A DNA stretch of 64,000 bases from Nitrospirota bacterium (GCA_963710375.1 CAVPZX010000005.1:160001-224000), one strand, 5' to 3'; shown: positions 31,930-42,541, counted from the first letter of the stretch. The notes: generated from the sequence alone by a model not told the origin. Program-made: numbers and translations.

Positions 31930-33612
31930 ATGCTTCTTGGCGAGATTCTTATATCACGGTTCAGCGTAAAACAAGAAGATGTAGAGAGGGCCCTGACGGT
32001 CCAGAAGCAGGTCGGCGGCTACCTCGGACAGATCCTCATCCAGCAGGGCATAATTACTGAAACACATCTTGTGGAGGCATTGTCGGAGCAGTTGGCCATC
32101 CCTGTTTTCGACTGGGAAAACTACGAGACGGACCGCGAAGGCGTAATTATCCCTCTGTCCCAGGAAGTGGACCTCGATTTCATTGTGAGGAACCATTTTG
32201 TCCCTGTGCAGTTCGACAGGAACAAAGGCGTTATCACATTTGTCACTGACGATCCCCTGAATAATTCCGTTGAAGAGTATTTAACCAAAAGCACCCCTTA
32301 TTCAGTCGTTACTCTCCTTGCCGCCGAACGGGCTGTCAGGGAATTATCCAAAACATATATAGGGGACAAGGACGATAATTTTGTTTCCCTTCATGTGGAT
32401 GACACGCCTGAGCGCCTGAAGGAGCTGGCGTTCGAAGCCCCTGTTATCAAATATCTGAACAACCTTGTGAGCAGGGCGGTGGAATTGCGGGCTACGGATA
32501 TCCATATAGAGCCGGTAGGGGACAAGTACCGGGTGCGGTTCAGGATCGACGGAATACTCCATGATATCGACTCGCTGGAAGATGCCTTTTACCTTGCTGT
32601 TGTATCGAGGATAAAGCTCCTTTCCGCCCTGGACATAGCAGAGAAGAGATTGCCCCAGGACGGCAAGTTCAGCACCAAAATCGCATCCATTTTCCTCGAC
32701 ATCAGGGTGTCCACCATCCCAATGGTGAAAAGCGAGAGCGTTGTGATGAGGCTGCTCTACAGGGAACGGCTTACTTTCGATATCATGCAGCTTGGCATGG
32801 AATCGGACCATGCGAAGACAATCATTGATCTTATAGCAAAGCCATACGGCATTCTCCTGGTGACAGGCCCCACCGGTTCAGGCAAGACCACCTCGCTTTA
32901 TTCAATGCTTACGCGCCTGAACAACACTGACAGGAAAATCATAACTGTGGAAGACCCGGTGGAGTACCAGATCGATGGAATAAACCAGATTCAGGTTAAA
33001 ACCGAGATCGGTTTGACCTTTGCCTCAGCCCTCCGTTCTATTCTCAGACACGATCCCGATGTCATTATGGTGGGTGAAATCAGGGACAGGGAGACGGCGG
33101 AAATTTCCATTCATTCTGCGCTTACAGGACATCTCGTTCTTTCTACTCTTCACACCAACGATTCTCCAGGCAGTCTTTTCAGGCTGATGGAAATGGGACT
33201 GGAAGATTATTTGTTGAACGCCTCTGTTATAGGGGTTATAGCACAGCGCATTATAAGAAAGAATTGTCCGAAATGCACTGATATCTGCCATGTGCCCGAT
33301 GAGGTATTGACGGAGTTTGACCTCCATTCTCTATATGGAAGGTTCAAGCACCTGCTGGGCGGCGAAATGGTTTTCAAAAGGGGTAAGGGCTGCCCCGCCT
33401 GCGCCGGGACCGGGTACAAGGGCAGGATGTCCATCTTCGAGTGCTTTGATTATACCGATGATCTTAAGGATACATTCCTCAGAGGCCGTTCTCTCGAAAC
33501 GCTGCGGGCTGCTCTCAGGGAAAGACACTCCTTCCGGTCGCTCCGTGAGGATGGCTTACTGAAGGTGATGAAGGGACTTACTACCATAGAAGAGATATTG
33601 AGGGTGAGCTGA
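31930..33612 (+). CDS. gspE: T2SS ATPase
   Basis: GPTGSGKTT, EDPVE, LRHDPD, STLHTND, two CxxC. Confidence 0.93.
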   Translation: MLLGEILISRFSVKQEDVERALTVQKQVGGYLGQILIQQGIITETHLVEALSEQLAIPVFDWENYETDREGVIIPLSQEVDLDFIVRNHFVPVQFDRNKGVITFVTDDPLNNSVEEYLTKSTPYSVVTLLAAERAVRELSKTYIGDKDDNFVSLHVDDTPERLKELAFEAPVIKYLNNLVSRAVELRATDIHIEPVGDKYRVRFRIDGILHDIDSLEDAFYLAVVSRIKLLSALDIAEKRLPQDGKFSTKIASIFLDIRVSTIPMVKSESVVMRLLYRERLTFDIMQLGMESDHAKTIIDLIAKPYGILLVTGPTGSGKTTSLYSMLTRLNNTDRKIITVEDPVEYQIDGINQIQVKTEIGLTFASALRSILRHDPDVIMVGEIRDRETAEISIHSALTGHLVLSTLHTNDSPGSLFRLMEMGLEDYLLNASVIGVIAQRIIRKNCPKCTDICHVPDEVLTEFDLHSLYGRFKHLLGGEMVFKRGKGCPACAGTGYKGRMSIFECFDYTDDLKDTFLRGRSLETLRAALRERHSFRSLREDGLLKVMKGLTTIEEILRVS

Positions 33613-34811
33613 TGGATTTCAAATACAGGTGTCTCGACCCTGCCGGCAGAGTTATCGCGGGAAGTATAACAGCCGGAGGTTCTGCGGAGGCACTCTATCT
33701 CCTTAAACAGCGGGACTTGACCGTAGTAGAAATAAATGAGGTGGCTGCGAGGGCCGCAAAAATGCGCGGTTTCAGGAAAAAGGCGAGGGACGCAGACCTT
33801 TATAACGTGTTCCGTGAAATGAGCATACTCCTCAAATCCGGAATAAAGATAGACAGGGCGCTTGAAATCATCGTCAATTCCAGTTCGTCTTTACAAATCA
33901 GGGAAACCCTCTCGACTATCCTGAAGGATATCAAGGCCGGCAAGACTATATCGCGGGCCTTTTCCGACACGGGGAAGTTCACCCTGCTCAGCACCACGAT
34001 GATCCATGCCGGAGAAAGTGTGGGTGATGTGAGGTCGGCCTTTGAGAACATCGCTGAATACCAGCGGTTCCAAATGCAGTTAAAGGGAGAAATAAAGAAC
34101 GCCCTCGCATATCCTTCTTTTCTGATAGGCGCCAGTATGCTTGTCATTTTTGTTATATTCAAGTTCATCATACCGCGATTTTTCAGCATTTTCGGCAAAA
34201 ATGATGCAACCCTTCCCGTTACGGCAAAGATCCTCTATTCCATAGGCAATTTTCTCAGCATCACAAATTTTTATTTTATCTCATTTGCTGTTGCGCTGGT
34301 TTTCGTAATGCTGAAGGTAGTGAATACAAAAAAGGTCCTTTCAAAGGCCTATTCATACTTAATTTATATTCCTCTCTTCGGCAGCCTGATTCTCTATCTC
34401 GAATTGTCCAGGTTTTCCTATTCTATGTACTCTATGCTCAACAGCGGCATCGCGTTCATCGATGCCCTGCGTTTGTCCACGGGGGTTATTATGGACAAAA
34501 AAGTACGTGCATCCATTGAGCCGACTATTGACCAGATCAAGGAGGGAAAAGGCATCGCCGATGTTTTTTCCCATGTGCATATCCTGCCGGAGATAGTGCC
34601 GAACATGATCCGGGTGGGAGAAGAGAGCGGCAATCTCAGGGACATTTTTTTTGAGATTCACCGTATTTTCGACGAACGTTTCAGAAACACGACCAAAAGA
34701 GTACTTGCGCTCGTGGAGCCGGTGGTCATCACCGTCACCGGCATCATTGTGGGATTTATTGTTATCTCCCTGATCATGACAGTGATGAGCGCAAGCGACA
34801 TAAAATTATGA
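33612..34811 (+). CDS. gspF: T2SS inner-membrane platform protein
   Basis: GE..G twice, AL.YP, LVEP. Confidence 0.92.
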   Translation: MDFKYRCLDPAGRVIAGSITAGGSAEALYLLKQRDLTVVEINEVAARAAKMRGFRKKARDADLYNVFREMSILLKSGIKIDRALEIIVNSSSSLQIRETLSTILKDIKAGKTISRAFSDTGKFTLLSTTMIHAGESVGDVRSAFENIAEYQRFQMQLKGEIKNALAYPSFLIGASMLVIFVIFKFIIPRFFSIFGKNDATLPVTAKILYSIGNFLSITNFYFISFAVALVFVMLKVVNTKKVLSKAYSYLIYIPLFGSLILYLELSRFSYSMYSMLNSGIAFIDALRLSTGVIMDKKVRASIEPTIDQIKEGKGIADVFSHVHILPEIVPNMIRVGEESGNLRDIFFEIHRIFDERFRNTTKRVLALVEPVVITVTGIIVGFIVISLIMTVMSASDIKL

Positions 34812-35227
34812 AGAGGGCAAAGGGCGAAGGGCAAAGGGCAAAGGGTTTTACGCTCATAGAATTACTCATGGTTATCACCATTATCGGGATGATGTTCTCC
34901 GTGAGCGTTCCGATTTCCTATTCCATTTACCAGCGCTATCAGGCATCCCTCAAAGCGGAAAAGGTCTTGACCTTTGTCAGCTCCCTGAAGTTGGAGGCCT
35001 TTTTGTACGGACGGGATAGGCTTATCGAGTCAAAGGAGGGCAGGATGCTCATTGACGGGACTGATCCGGGAGGGTTTAATGATATGTTTATCCAGGTAGA
35101 CAACCCCATCACGTTTTACAGGACGGGTACTACTTCCGGGGGTCAGATCAAGGTGTATGCTGATAGCAATACCTTTCTTATAGTAATACAGGCCCCTTTC
35201 GGAGGACTCGTGATGAAATCGGCATAA
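34808..35227 (+). CDS. gspH: Minor pseudopilin (GspH-like)
   Basis: G|FTLIE; operon order. Confidence 0.75.
   Translation: MKRAKGEGQRAKGFTLIELLMVITIIGMMFSVSVPISYSIYQRYQASLKAEKVLTFVSSLKLEAFLYGRDRLIESKEGRMLIDGTDPGGFNDMFIQVDNPITFYRTGTTSGGQIKVYADSNTFLIVIQAPFGGLVMKSA
34814..34845. repeat. Heptamer (AGGGCAA) array encoding the GspH leader
   Basis: agggcaa agggcga agggcaa agggcaa aggg. Confidence 0.9.
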
Positions 35228-35228
35228 T

Positions 35229-35681
35229 ATGGCAAAGGGCAAAGGGCAAAGGGCAAAGGGTAACGAGAGAGGTTTTCTGATCCTTGAGGTCATGATCGCG
35301 AGCCTGATTCTGACCGCCGGTGTCGCAGCGACCATGTATCTTTTCAGGCTCGGATTTCAGTATCTGGAACGGGCGAATGATTCCAACCTGATCTCGTCCA
35401 AACTGCCTCAGGTCATCAACTTCCTGAAGGTGCTCGATATGGAAGCACAGAGCGGGACCGAAGATATGGGTGATGATGTTATAATGCATTGGGACGCCAA
35501 GCTAATCGAGACGGTGCGGCCTGTACATGATACACCTGATGGCAAGGAGTCCCATCCCTTTAATCTGTACCTTTATAAGGTGAACATACGCCTCGATTAT
35601 AAAAATCTGAACAGGGACTACAAAATAAATATATTCAGGAGTTCCAGGCTTAATGAGACTCATTTGCCGCGGGAATTTTAG
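35229..35681 (+). CDS. gspI: Minor pseudopilin (GspI-like)
   Basis: G|FLILE; operon order. Confidence 0.7.
   Translation: MAKGKGQRAKGNERGFLILEVMIASLILTAGVAATMYLFRLGFQYLERANDSNLISSKLPQVINFLKVLDMEAQSGTEDMGDDVIMHWDAKLIETVRPVHDTPDGKESHPFNLYLYKVNIRLDYKNLNRDYKINIFRSSRLNETHLPREF
35231..35260. repeat. Heptamer (GGGCAAA) array encoding the GspI leader
   Basis: ggcaaa gggcaaa gggcaaa gggcaaa ggg. Confidence 0.9.
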
Positions 35682-36318
35682 AGGATACACATTTATCGAG
35701 GTGCTGGTGGCCATGGCAATTTTCAGCGCCATGGTAACGCTTGCCACCATGGCGCTGGATCAGGGACTGAAGCAGTATCGCGGCCTAATGGAAAAAGGAG
35801 TCAATTTCTGGGACAAGGCCAGGTACATCTGGGTCAACGGCAGCTTCGGTTCCGCGGTCGATTACTATGTGCATAGAGATGGTATGGGCTTTGTACCGTA
35901 TTTCCTCGGTGATGGCGAAAGGATTTCCTATGTGTCTCTGTCTCCTGTCATGGGAGATCTGCCGGTCGTTGTCTGGATCGTGAAGGAGAAAAAAGATAAT
36001 GGACTTTATGCTGTGGTATATTATGAACTGCCTGTTTATACGAAAGATTACAACGAATTGGACAGGGAGTATGTCACAGGCGATTACAAAAAAGGATATT
36101 CCGTGCCGCTGCTGGATGGGGTTACAGATATTAATATGGAATTCTTCGGGTTTGATTTCATGACACGGAAGGCCGTGTGGTCCCCTGACTTTGACGGAAG
36201 CAAAAACAGATCGCTGCCCTCTGCGGTGAAGCTTACTTATGTTTCTGAGAACAAAAAACAGATAATGCTGTTTTGCATCAACACAAACTCCATGAGAAAG
36301 TCAAGTTATAATGAATAA
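35653..36318 (+). CDS. gspJ: Minor pseudopilin (GspJ-like)
   Basis: G|YTFIE and C-terminal LPSAVKL. Confidence 0.75.
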   Translation: MRLICRGNFRGYTFIEVLVAMAIFSAMVTLATMALDQGLKQYRGLMEKGVNFWDKARYIWVNGSFGSAVDYYVHRDGMGFVPYFLGDGERISYVSLSPVMGDLPVVVWIVKEKKDNGLYAVVYYELPVYTKDYNELDREYVTGDYKKGYSVPLLDGVTDINMEFFGFDFMTRKAVWSPDFDGSKNRSLPSAVKLTYVSENKKQIMLFCINTNSMRKSSYNE

Positions 36319-37231
36319 TTATAAGAGGGCCGGGGGTTCCGCCAGCATCCTTGCGTTATTGATAACAGGGGTTATTATTACCGTGGGAATCGGGTTCAAC
36401 TGGCTCGTGAAAGAACACCTGAAGGCTGCCGAGGGAATGAAACGCAAGACCGAAGCGATGCTGACGGCTGTCTCCACTTACAACACCCTCGTATACAGCA
36501 TACTTGCAGGTGTAACGGCTCCTGATCAGGTTGTTTTTATGAACGGGGGGAACCTTCTTGGCGTGAAAAGCATTCCCCTGAATAACGAAGGAGTCAGTGT
36601 TGGCGCTGATATAGAGATAAAGATCCAGGACAGTAACGGCATGATTTCTCTTGCCGGTCCCGACCTTTTGGCCCTGCAAAGGTTGTTGCGCAACGCAAAT
36701 CCTGACCAGGATCAGAGCGCAACAATCATAGACAGCTACCTTGATTGGATTAGCAGGGGCAACATGGTGCACATCAATGGTGCCAAGGAGGCTTATTACA
36801 GGGCCCAGGGTAAACCGTACACTGCCCGGAATTACCCGATGCAGTACAAAGAGGAGTTCGCATTTGTGAGAGGAATGGACCAGGAGCTCTACAAAAAAAT
36901 ATCTCCTTTTGTGACCTTGCTTCCCAATTCAGGCTTTAATCCCAACACAGCCCCTGATCCGGTTCTGGCAGCTTTTCTGGGTATCGACGAGGAAGCAGTG
37001 CAGAACCTTAAGGCATATATGAAGACGGCGCCGCTCACTTCCAACTCTACACTCTTTAATATTGTGCGAAGGACCATAGCCGGGGAAGGATTCGATTTCA
37101 ACCCTTCACGGTTCTGGGATATAACAATAAATGTTGGCAAGCCCGAACCTGTGTATTCTCTCAGGGCTGGAATCGACATAAGATGGAACGAAACATATCC
37201 ATACTCCGTCATTTATTGGGGAAAGGACTGA
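36311..37231 (+). CDS. gspK: Minor pseudopilin GspK
   Basis: I.D..G, LDW, GA.E.YY, V.GM, N.NTA...VL. Confidence 0.85.
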   Translation: MNNYKRAGGSASILALLITGVIITVGIGFNWLVKEHLKAAEGMKRKTEAMLTAVSTYNTLVYSILAGVTAPDQVVFMNGGNLLGVKSIPLNNEGVSVGADIEIKIQDSNGMISLAGPDLLALQRLLRNANPDQDQSATIIDSYLDWISRGNMVHINGAKEAYYRAQGKPYTARNYPMQYKEEFAFVRGMDQELYKKISPFVTLLPNSGFNPNTAPDPVLAAFLGIDEEAVQNLKAYMKTAPLTSNSTLFNIVRRTIAGEGFDFNPSRFWDITINVGKPEPVYSLRAGIDIRWNETYPYSVIYWGKD

Positions 37232-38547
37232 TGGAGGGTTGGATGTTTAGGAGATTGGAAGGTTGGAAGCTCGGCAATTTGGCAGCTCGAAAGCTCGGTG
37301 GTTTGGCTAACCCTCTAACCCGCAAGTTCTCCAATCTTCTAATTGGTTACTGGCATAAAGGGGGGGTGGAAATTTACCGGCTTTCCGCCCCAAAAAGTCA
37401 AAGGCTTTCCGGGGGCGCCGGGCCCGCGGAAAGCAAGATCACTCTGTTTGCATCCGGAGGTCTCGACACACTTAAACCTGTCAAAGCATTCGGCAAAATA
37501 GTATTGATTGTGGGGAGAGACCTTTTTCTCCACACAAGGAAAAAGTTTCCCCCGGCATCGTTAGATGATTTGAAGAAAGCTGTAAACCTTGAAATCGGCG
37601 AGTTGTTCCCACTGAAGAGTCCCTCCTTTTTCCTCAATGTTTTTGAGAGGACCGAAGCTTACACCCTGGCTGATATATGGGCGTGGGACAGTTCTGGATA
37701 TGACAACCTGAAGCGTGTGCTCCCCTTTACCTATGTATTGCCGGAAGACATGGCCTTTATATCAGGGGAACCCGAAATCAGTGTTTTGAGCGGCTCTGCC
37801 GGCGACGCCGGTGTCTCCCATTTGCTGGCTCATTCAAAAGAAGGATTTCTCGGCATGTCGTCATTCAGAGGCCGGGTCAGCCGGAGCCACATAGAGAAGC
37901 TTCTCAAGGCGATCAGCAGTCATGCGGAAGAGGTTAAGAGGGTGAACCTTTACGGGGGAGCAGAAGCTGTTACCGCTATTAATGACCTTGGATTCCCGGT
38001 CGTGAAAAAGGAGACCAGGGGGTATCCCGCCTGCCTTGAAAATTTGAGCAGGCTCGATCTTAAACAGTTCAGTGTCCGGACAGAACCGGCTTTTATGGAA
38101 TACATTGATGTCGGCATCAGGTCCGTAATATACCTTTTTGTTGCGTATGGCATATCCCTTATTGTTGCAGGCAGGCATTATGATGCTGCAATCAGTGAAG
38201 TGAAGATAAAGACTGCAAGGCTGACTACGAGCATGTCTGCCGTAATCGTGGGGCAGAAGAAAGATTACGAGGAGGCTGCGGACGAGATGAAGGAAAAGCT
38301 GAAGGGTTGGCGTCCGCCGTTGCCTGTAATGGAGGCGTTGGCCAAAAATCTGCCTGACAAGAGCTATGTGACAAGAATGGTACTTAATGAGACCACACTG
38401 GAGTTGACACTTGCATCGAATGACCCCCTGGCGGTTGTGAAAGCCGTGGGGAGAACTGACGGAGTAAAAACAGTGAAATTGAAGGGCTCGCCTTCGAAAA
38501 ATGATAAAGGGCTTTATACCTTCTATCTTACGGTGGAACTGAAATGA
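37231..38547 (+). CDS. GspL/PilN-like assembly protein
   Basis: Cytoplasmic domain, one TM, coiled coil, LP..SYV; operon order. Confidence 0.65.
   Translation: MEGWMFRRLEGWKLGNLAARKLGGLANPLTRKFSNLLIGYWHKGGVEIYRLSAPKSQRLSGGAGPAESKITLFASGGLDTLKPVKAFGKIVLIVGRDLFLHTRKKFPPASLDDLKKAVNLEIGELFPLKSPSFFLNVFERTEAYTLADIWAWDSSGYDNLKRVLPFTYVLPEDMAFISGEPEISVLSGSAGDAGVSHLLAHSKEGFLGMSSFRGRVSRSHIEKLLKAISSHAEEVKRVNLYGGAEAVTAINDLGFPVVKKETRGYPACLENLSRLDLKQFSVRTEPAFMEYIDVGIRSVIYLFVAYGISLIVAGRHYDAAISEVKIKTARLTTSMSAVIVGQKKDYEEAADEMKEKLKGWRPPLPVMEALAKNLPDKSYVTRMVLNETTLELTLASNDPLAVVKAVGRTDGVKTVKLKGSPSKNDKGLYTFYLTVELK
37233..37341. repeat. Degenerate octamer (GGAAGCTC/GGAAGGTT) arms at the 5' end of the gspL-like gene
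   Basis: ggagggtt ggatgttt aggagatt ggaaggtt ggaagctc ggcaattt ggcagctc gaaagctc ... aaccctct..ccaatcttct. Confidence 0.6.
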
Positions 38548-38551
38548 AGAC

Positions 38552-38654
38552 AGAAGTTGAGAAGTTGCGAAGGTGAGAAGATGAGAGAAAGGATACTGCG
38601 TGAAAATGTGGGTTTGGGGTCTCAACTTCACAACTTCACAATTTCTCAACTTCT
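38552..38654. repeat. Octamer hairpin element between the gspL-like and gspM-like genes
   Basis: gaagttga gaagttgc gaaggtga gaagatga ... tcaacttc acaacttc acaatttc tcaacttc. Confidence 0.92.
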
Positions 38655-38674
38655 ATGTTTACAGCGGCGCTGAA

Positions 38675-39214
38675 ATGATGAGCAGGGATAGATTAAAAAT
38701 ATTAGGGGCTTATGTGTTGGCGGCGCTGATAATAGCTCGGGTTGTTATAACGCCTCTTCAGCACTCGCTGCAGGAGAAAAAGGCCCTTCTGAATGAATAT
38801 CAGGACACCTATAAGGTGCGCATGCTTTCCTTCGAAAAATATAAGGAGCAGGCAAAGGGGAAAAACAAAGAGAGCTCGTCGGTTAACGAAGGCTTCCTGA
38901 AATCGCTTTATAGCAGGGACATTCTTTACAGCGAATTGCAGTCGGATGTCGTTGAGAAGATTTTGGGCCTGGCCGGTAAAGAGGGGCTTACCCTGGGGAG
39001 TTATGATTTTGCAGAACCGACTTACCTGAAAGCCATCAGCGAAGTCCCTGTTGTAATCAGGCTGAACGGCGAACAGAAAGGAATCGTTGCCATGCTAAGG
39101 GAATTGGATACGAATGACAAGAAACTGGTGGTAAGGCGGTTCGATATTACTAAAAACGGACCTTACTCCGCCCAGTGCCTCATGACCATATCCGCCTTCA
39201 GGCTCGAGAAATGA
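38675..39214 (+). CDS. GspM/PilO-like protein
   Basis: N-terminal TM, coiled coil, ferredoxin-like C-terminus; operon order. Confidence 0.65.
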   Translation: MMSRDRLKILGAYVLAALIIARVVITPLQHSLQEKKALLNEYQDTYKVRMLSFEKYKEQAKGKNKESSSVNEGFLKSLYSRDILYSELQSDVVEKILGLAGKEGLTLGSYDFAEPTYLKAISEVPVVIRLNGEQKGIVAMLRELDTNDKKLVVRRFDITKNGPYSAQCLMTISAFRLEK

Positions 39215-40164
39215 AAAAGATTCAGACAGAAAAAATCGAGCTTTTCGCAAGGAAATATATTTTTGACATAGGCATTGCAGCCATATTCTTTTTTTTCGCG
39301 CTTGTCCTTGCAGAAAGGCCGAAGGTGGACCTTCGCCTGAGAAATGCTTTGCCGGCATTGTCCGGGAAAGTCAGCGTTAAGCAGATACCGGTGACTGCTG
39401 CTCCTGCCGGCGCCCAGCAAAGTCTCGGTCTTTCCAGGGACCAGGTTCCGGCAAAAGACGGTAATATAAATCCGGACATTTCAGATTTTTATGCGGATGA
39501 ATTCAGGATCCAGGGAAAAGATGTTCGTAAGCTCTGTGAAGCAATCAGGAGTGACGGTTATAAAATCGGGGCAATAAATGCTTCCGCGGGCACTATTGAA
39601 CGGCTCAATGCAGGAAATCTTATTGAACGGCTCAATGCCGGAAATCTTATCGAGTGGCTGAATAGCTTGCTCAGGGTCGGCGATTTGTTCGATAAAATTA
39701 CCTATATGAAACCGGACCTTGTCCTGACAGATGAGATAAAAGAACTCAGGGACCAAACTGAAGAGAAACGCGGGAAGCCATTTAACGGCCTCAAAGATGA
39801 CGAGAAGAAGGCAATAAAAAGGCTGAACAGATTGATGTTAGAGCTGGCTTATCCAAAGGAAACCCCGAAGAACAGGAATCTTGTGGTAAGGAATATATTC
39901 GATCCGGAAGGCAACTACGAACAGCCCAAAGAGTTGATAATCATTCCTGAAAAACCATATAATCTCATTGCTGTCCTGGAAGGAAAGGAAAAGAGGGCGA
40001 TATTAAGGGATTATACCGGCAATATGGTTTCTCTCAAGACAGGTGATAAGATGATCGACGGAGCTGTTGTTATCAAAATCGACAAGCTGAGCGTTACAGC
40101 AAAAAAAGGCGTGAAGAAAATGGAATACAGGATTTTCGATGTTAAACCGAAAAAGAAAAAATAA
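39211..40164 (+). CDS. GspC/PilP-like protein with an inserted helical domain
   Basis: One TM, RNIF, L.AV...K.AI..L..GD..DG..V..I; lies before the secretin. Confidence 0.55.
   Translation: MKKIQTEKIELFARKYIFDIGIAAIFFFFALVLAERPKVDLRLRNALPALSGKVSVKQIPVTAAPAGAQQSLGLSRDQVPAKDGNINPDISDFYADEFRIQGKDVRKLCEAIRSDGYKIGAINASAGTIERLNAGNLIERLNAGNLIEWLNSLLRVGDLFDKITYMKPDLVLTDEIKELRDQTEEKRGKPFNGLKDDEKKAIKRLNRLMLELAYPKETPKNRNLVVRNIFDPEGNYEQPKELIIIPEKPYNLIAVLEGKEKRAILRDYTGNMVSLKTGDKMIDGAVVIKIDKLSVTAKKGVKKMEYRIFDVKPKKKK
39595..39648. repeat. 27-bp tandem duplication (IERLNAGNL x2)
   Basis: attgaacggctcaatgcaggaaatctt / attgaacggctcaatgccggaaatctt. Confidence 0.9.
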
Positions 40165-40213
40165 AAGGTTAATTTTTGATGACAAAGAGATGAAGGGAGA
40201 ACAAGGGAGAATT

Positions 40214-42391
40214 ATGAGCAGGATATTTCAATGTATCGTGACGGTAATAATTTCTTTAGTGGTCTTTGGATGCGCTTCAACCAAAGAGGTGAAGCCTTCT
40301 GCGTCCGGGCAGGACAATCAACCGGCTGCGGCGTCTGTGACGCAAGGAGACAAAGTCCAGGAAACAAAAAATATTGAATCACTTCAGCCTGCTGAGGAAC
40401 CGAGCCAGAAGAGGCCGGACGAAGACATATTAATGCCGCAAATTAAGAAATCTCTTTATCAGAAATCGCTTCCCGCCAAAGCTGAGCGTATGCCGATAGA
40501 TCCGAAGCGTATTGTGCATGTTTCGGGGAACGTTATTCTTAATGCTGAATCCATGCCCCTTTCGGACTTTATCGTATATGCCCTTGGCGATACCCTGAGG
40601 ATAACTTTTTTCGTGGACGAGCCGGTAATGGCCATGAAAAATCCTATTACCCTCAGAATGACACAGGAAATGCCTGCGGAAAAGGTCGTTGAAGTCGTCA
40701 TAGGCTTTCTCGAGAAAAATGGTTTGGTCGTGGAGGAAAAGGGCGGGGCCCTGTATATCATGAAGCCGAAACCGCCGGCTGTCCAGTCCCCTCCGGTGGA
40801 TTTCAGGATAGGCAGGAATACCGAGGACAGCCCTGCAAACGTATTTCAGTTCGTGCCTTTCAGGCATTTGCATGGAGCGCAAGTAATGCAACTGCTTGGG
40901 GATTTGTTTAAGGATGTCAGGATACAATGGTATAACAAAGAAAACGCCCTTATGCTCAGCGGACCGGCTTCATCCATGAAAGAGATGATCGATTTTATTG
41001 ATTTTATCGATGTCCCCACGTTGAGTGATAAAAAACTCTTTTTGTTCCAGCTTACGTACTGGCAGCCTGATGATTTCATAAGACAGATTAGTGCGATATT
41101 GGAGGGAGTCGGCTATTCTATTGCAAAAGGTCCTGCCGATCCCGGTATTGAATTTATCCCAATCAAGTATCTCAATAGCATACTTATCGTGTCTCCTGAT
41201 GACGCCACGCTGAAATTCGCCCTTGACTGGAAAAGAAGACTCGATACCGCTGAGTCGGCCGGAACAGAGGAAAAGGTATTCACTTTTACCCCGCAGTATT
41301 CCAAGGCGTCGGATCTTGTGGACTCCATAAAAAAGCTGTATGGTGTGATGCCGGCGATCGCGCCGGCAAGAGGACCTCAGGGAGTGCAGGCTGCTCCTGT
41401 TGGCGCTGCTGCCCCGACTGCCACGGCTGCTGCCGCAGTCCCACTTCCGACTACTGCTTCCGTGTCTCCTGCGTCTCCTGTGTCTTCTGTGTCTTCTGCC
41501 TCAATCCCGGGGCTGAAGATTTCAGGCGACGACAGGAGAAATATTGTCGTCATCATTTCAACCCCCTCCATATTCAAGTCTGTTCTCGCTATCCTACAGG
41601 AGCTGGATAAGCCGCCTAAACAGGTGCTCATAGAGGCCATGATAGCCGAGCTGACCCTTACAGACGATCTGTCCTACGGGCTCGAATGGTACCTGCAGAC
41701 CAGGAATAAGACATCGGGCACATCGAACTCGCTTACCACCCTCGGTCAGCTAGGGCTAAACACATCCTCCGGCCTTGTATATAACTTTTTGTCTGACTCG
41801 CAGAGATTACAGGCCGTTGTGAATGCTTTTGCGCAGCAGAACAAGGTGAATATTCTTTCGACTCCTAGGATAATGGTCCTCGATAATCAGACCGCAACAT
41901 TGAATGTAGGATCTCAAGTGCCCATTTTAGGGGGCCAGACAACAACTTCCACTGTTGAAGGGTCTACTGTAAATGCCCAGGTTGTTTCATACGTCACTAC
42001 AGGAATTACCGTGAGTGTAACACCGACAATCAACACCGAAGGACTGCTTACCCTTCAAATATCTGTTACGGACAGTCAGGCGGTGCCGAATTCAACTTCT
42101 TCAATAAACAGCCCTTTGATAACCAACGACTCGCTGTCCACCAGCATTGTTGCCACGACATCGGAAACTATATTATTGGGAGGGATGATGTCGGACAGTG
42201 TGACCGACAGTGAGTCGAAAGTTCCCCTTCTCGGTGATATACCGTTGCTAGGGAACCTTTTCAAGACAAGGTCAAAGGACAAAACAAAGACTGAATTAAT
42301 AATAATGTTGACGCCCAAGATTCTGACAAGCGGCGACGAGGCAGCAAGAATCACCAATGAAATTAGAAAGAGTATTAAATGGTTGCAGTGA
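40214..42391 (+). CDS. gspD: Lipoprotein secretin
   Basis: Lipobox VFGC; LD.P.KQVLIEA, LSTP, KVPLLGDIPLLG.LF, ELII..TP. Confidence 0.93.
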   Translation: MSRIFQCIVTVIISLVVFGCASTKEVKPSASGQDNQPAAASVTQGDKVQETKNIESLQPAEEPSQKRPDEDILMPQIKKSLYQKSLPAKAERMPIDPKRIVHVSGNVILNAESMPLSDFIVYALGDTLRITFFVDEPVMAMKNPITLRMTQEMPAEKVVEVVIGFLEKNGLVVEEKGGALYIMKPKPPAVQSPPVDFRIGRNTEDSPANVFQFVPFRHLHGAQVMQLLGDLFKDVRIQWYNKENALMLSGPASSMKEMIDFIDFIDVPTLSDKKLFLFQLTYWQPDDFIRQISAILEGVGYSIAKGPADPGIEFIPIKYLNSILIVSPDDATLKFALDWKRRLDTAESAGTEEKVFTFTPQYSKASDLVDSIKKLYGVMPAIAPARGPQGVQAAPVGAAAPTATAAAAVPLPTTASVSPASPVSSVSSASIPGLKISGDDRRNIVVIISTPSIFKSVLAILQELDKPPKQVLIEAMIAELTLTDDLSYGLEWYLQTRNKTSGTSNSLTTLGQLGLNTSSGLVYNFLSDSQRLQAVVNAFAQQNKVNILSTPRIMVLDNQTATLNVGSQVPILGGQTTTSTVEGSTVNAQVVSYVTTGITVSVTPTINTEGLLTLQISVTDSQAVPNSTSSINSPLITNDSLSTSIVATTSETILLGGMMSDSVTDSESKVPLLGDIPLLGNLFKTRSKDKTKTELIIMLTPKILTSGDEAARITNEIRKSIKWLQ

Positions 42392-42433
42392 AGAAGGGGC
42401 AATAGGCTATGGGTGATAGGAAATAAAAAAACG

Positions 42434-42541
42434 AACCACAGAGGCACTGAGACACAGAGAAAGCAAATGATAGCGAAAAAGGAAAAGACGTTTTCTTTCT
42501 GTATTATGGAGCATACCTCTGTGCCTCTGTGTCTCTGTGGT
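42434..42541. repeat. Octamer (CACAGAGA) hairpin element, copy 2
   Basis: Arms and internal loop both align with 18714-18822. Confidence 0.9.

Noticed and set aside
41460..41500. 9-nt repeats (gtgtctcct) in gspD
   Set aside because: Period is a multiple of 3, it lies in a Ser/Pro/Ala linker typical of secretins, and no inverse arm is visible.
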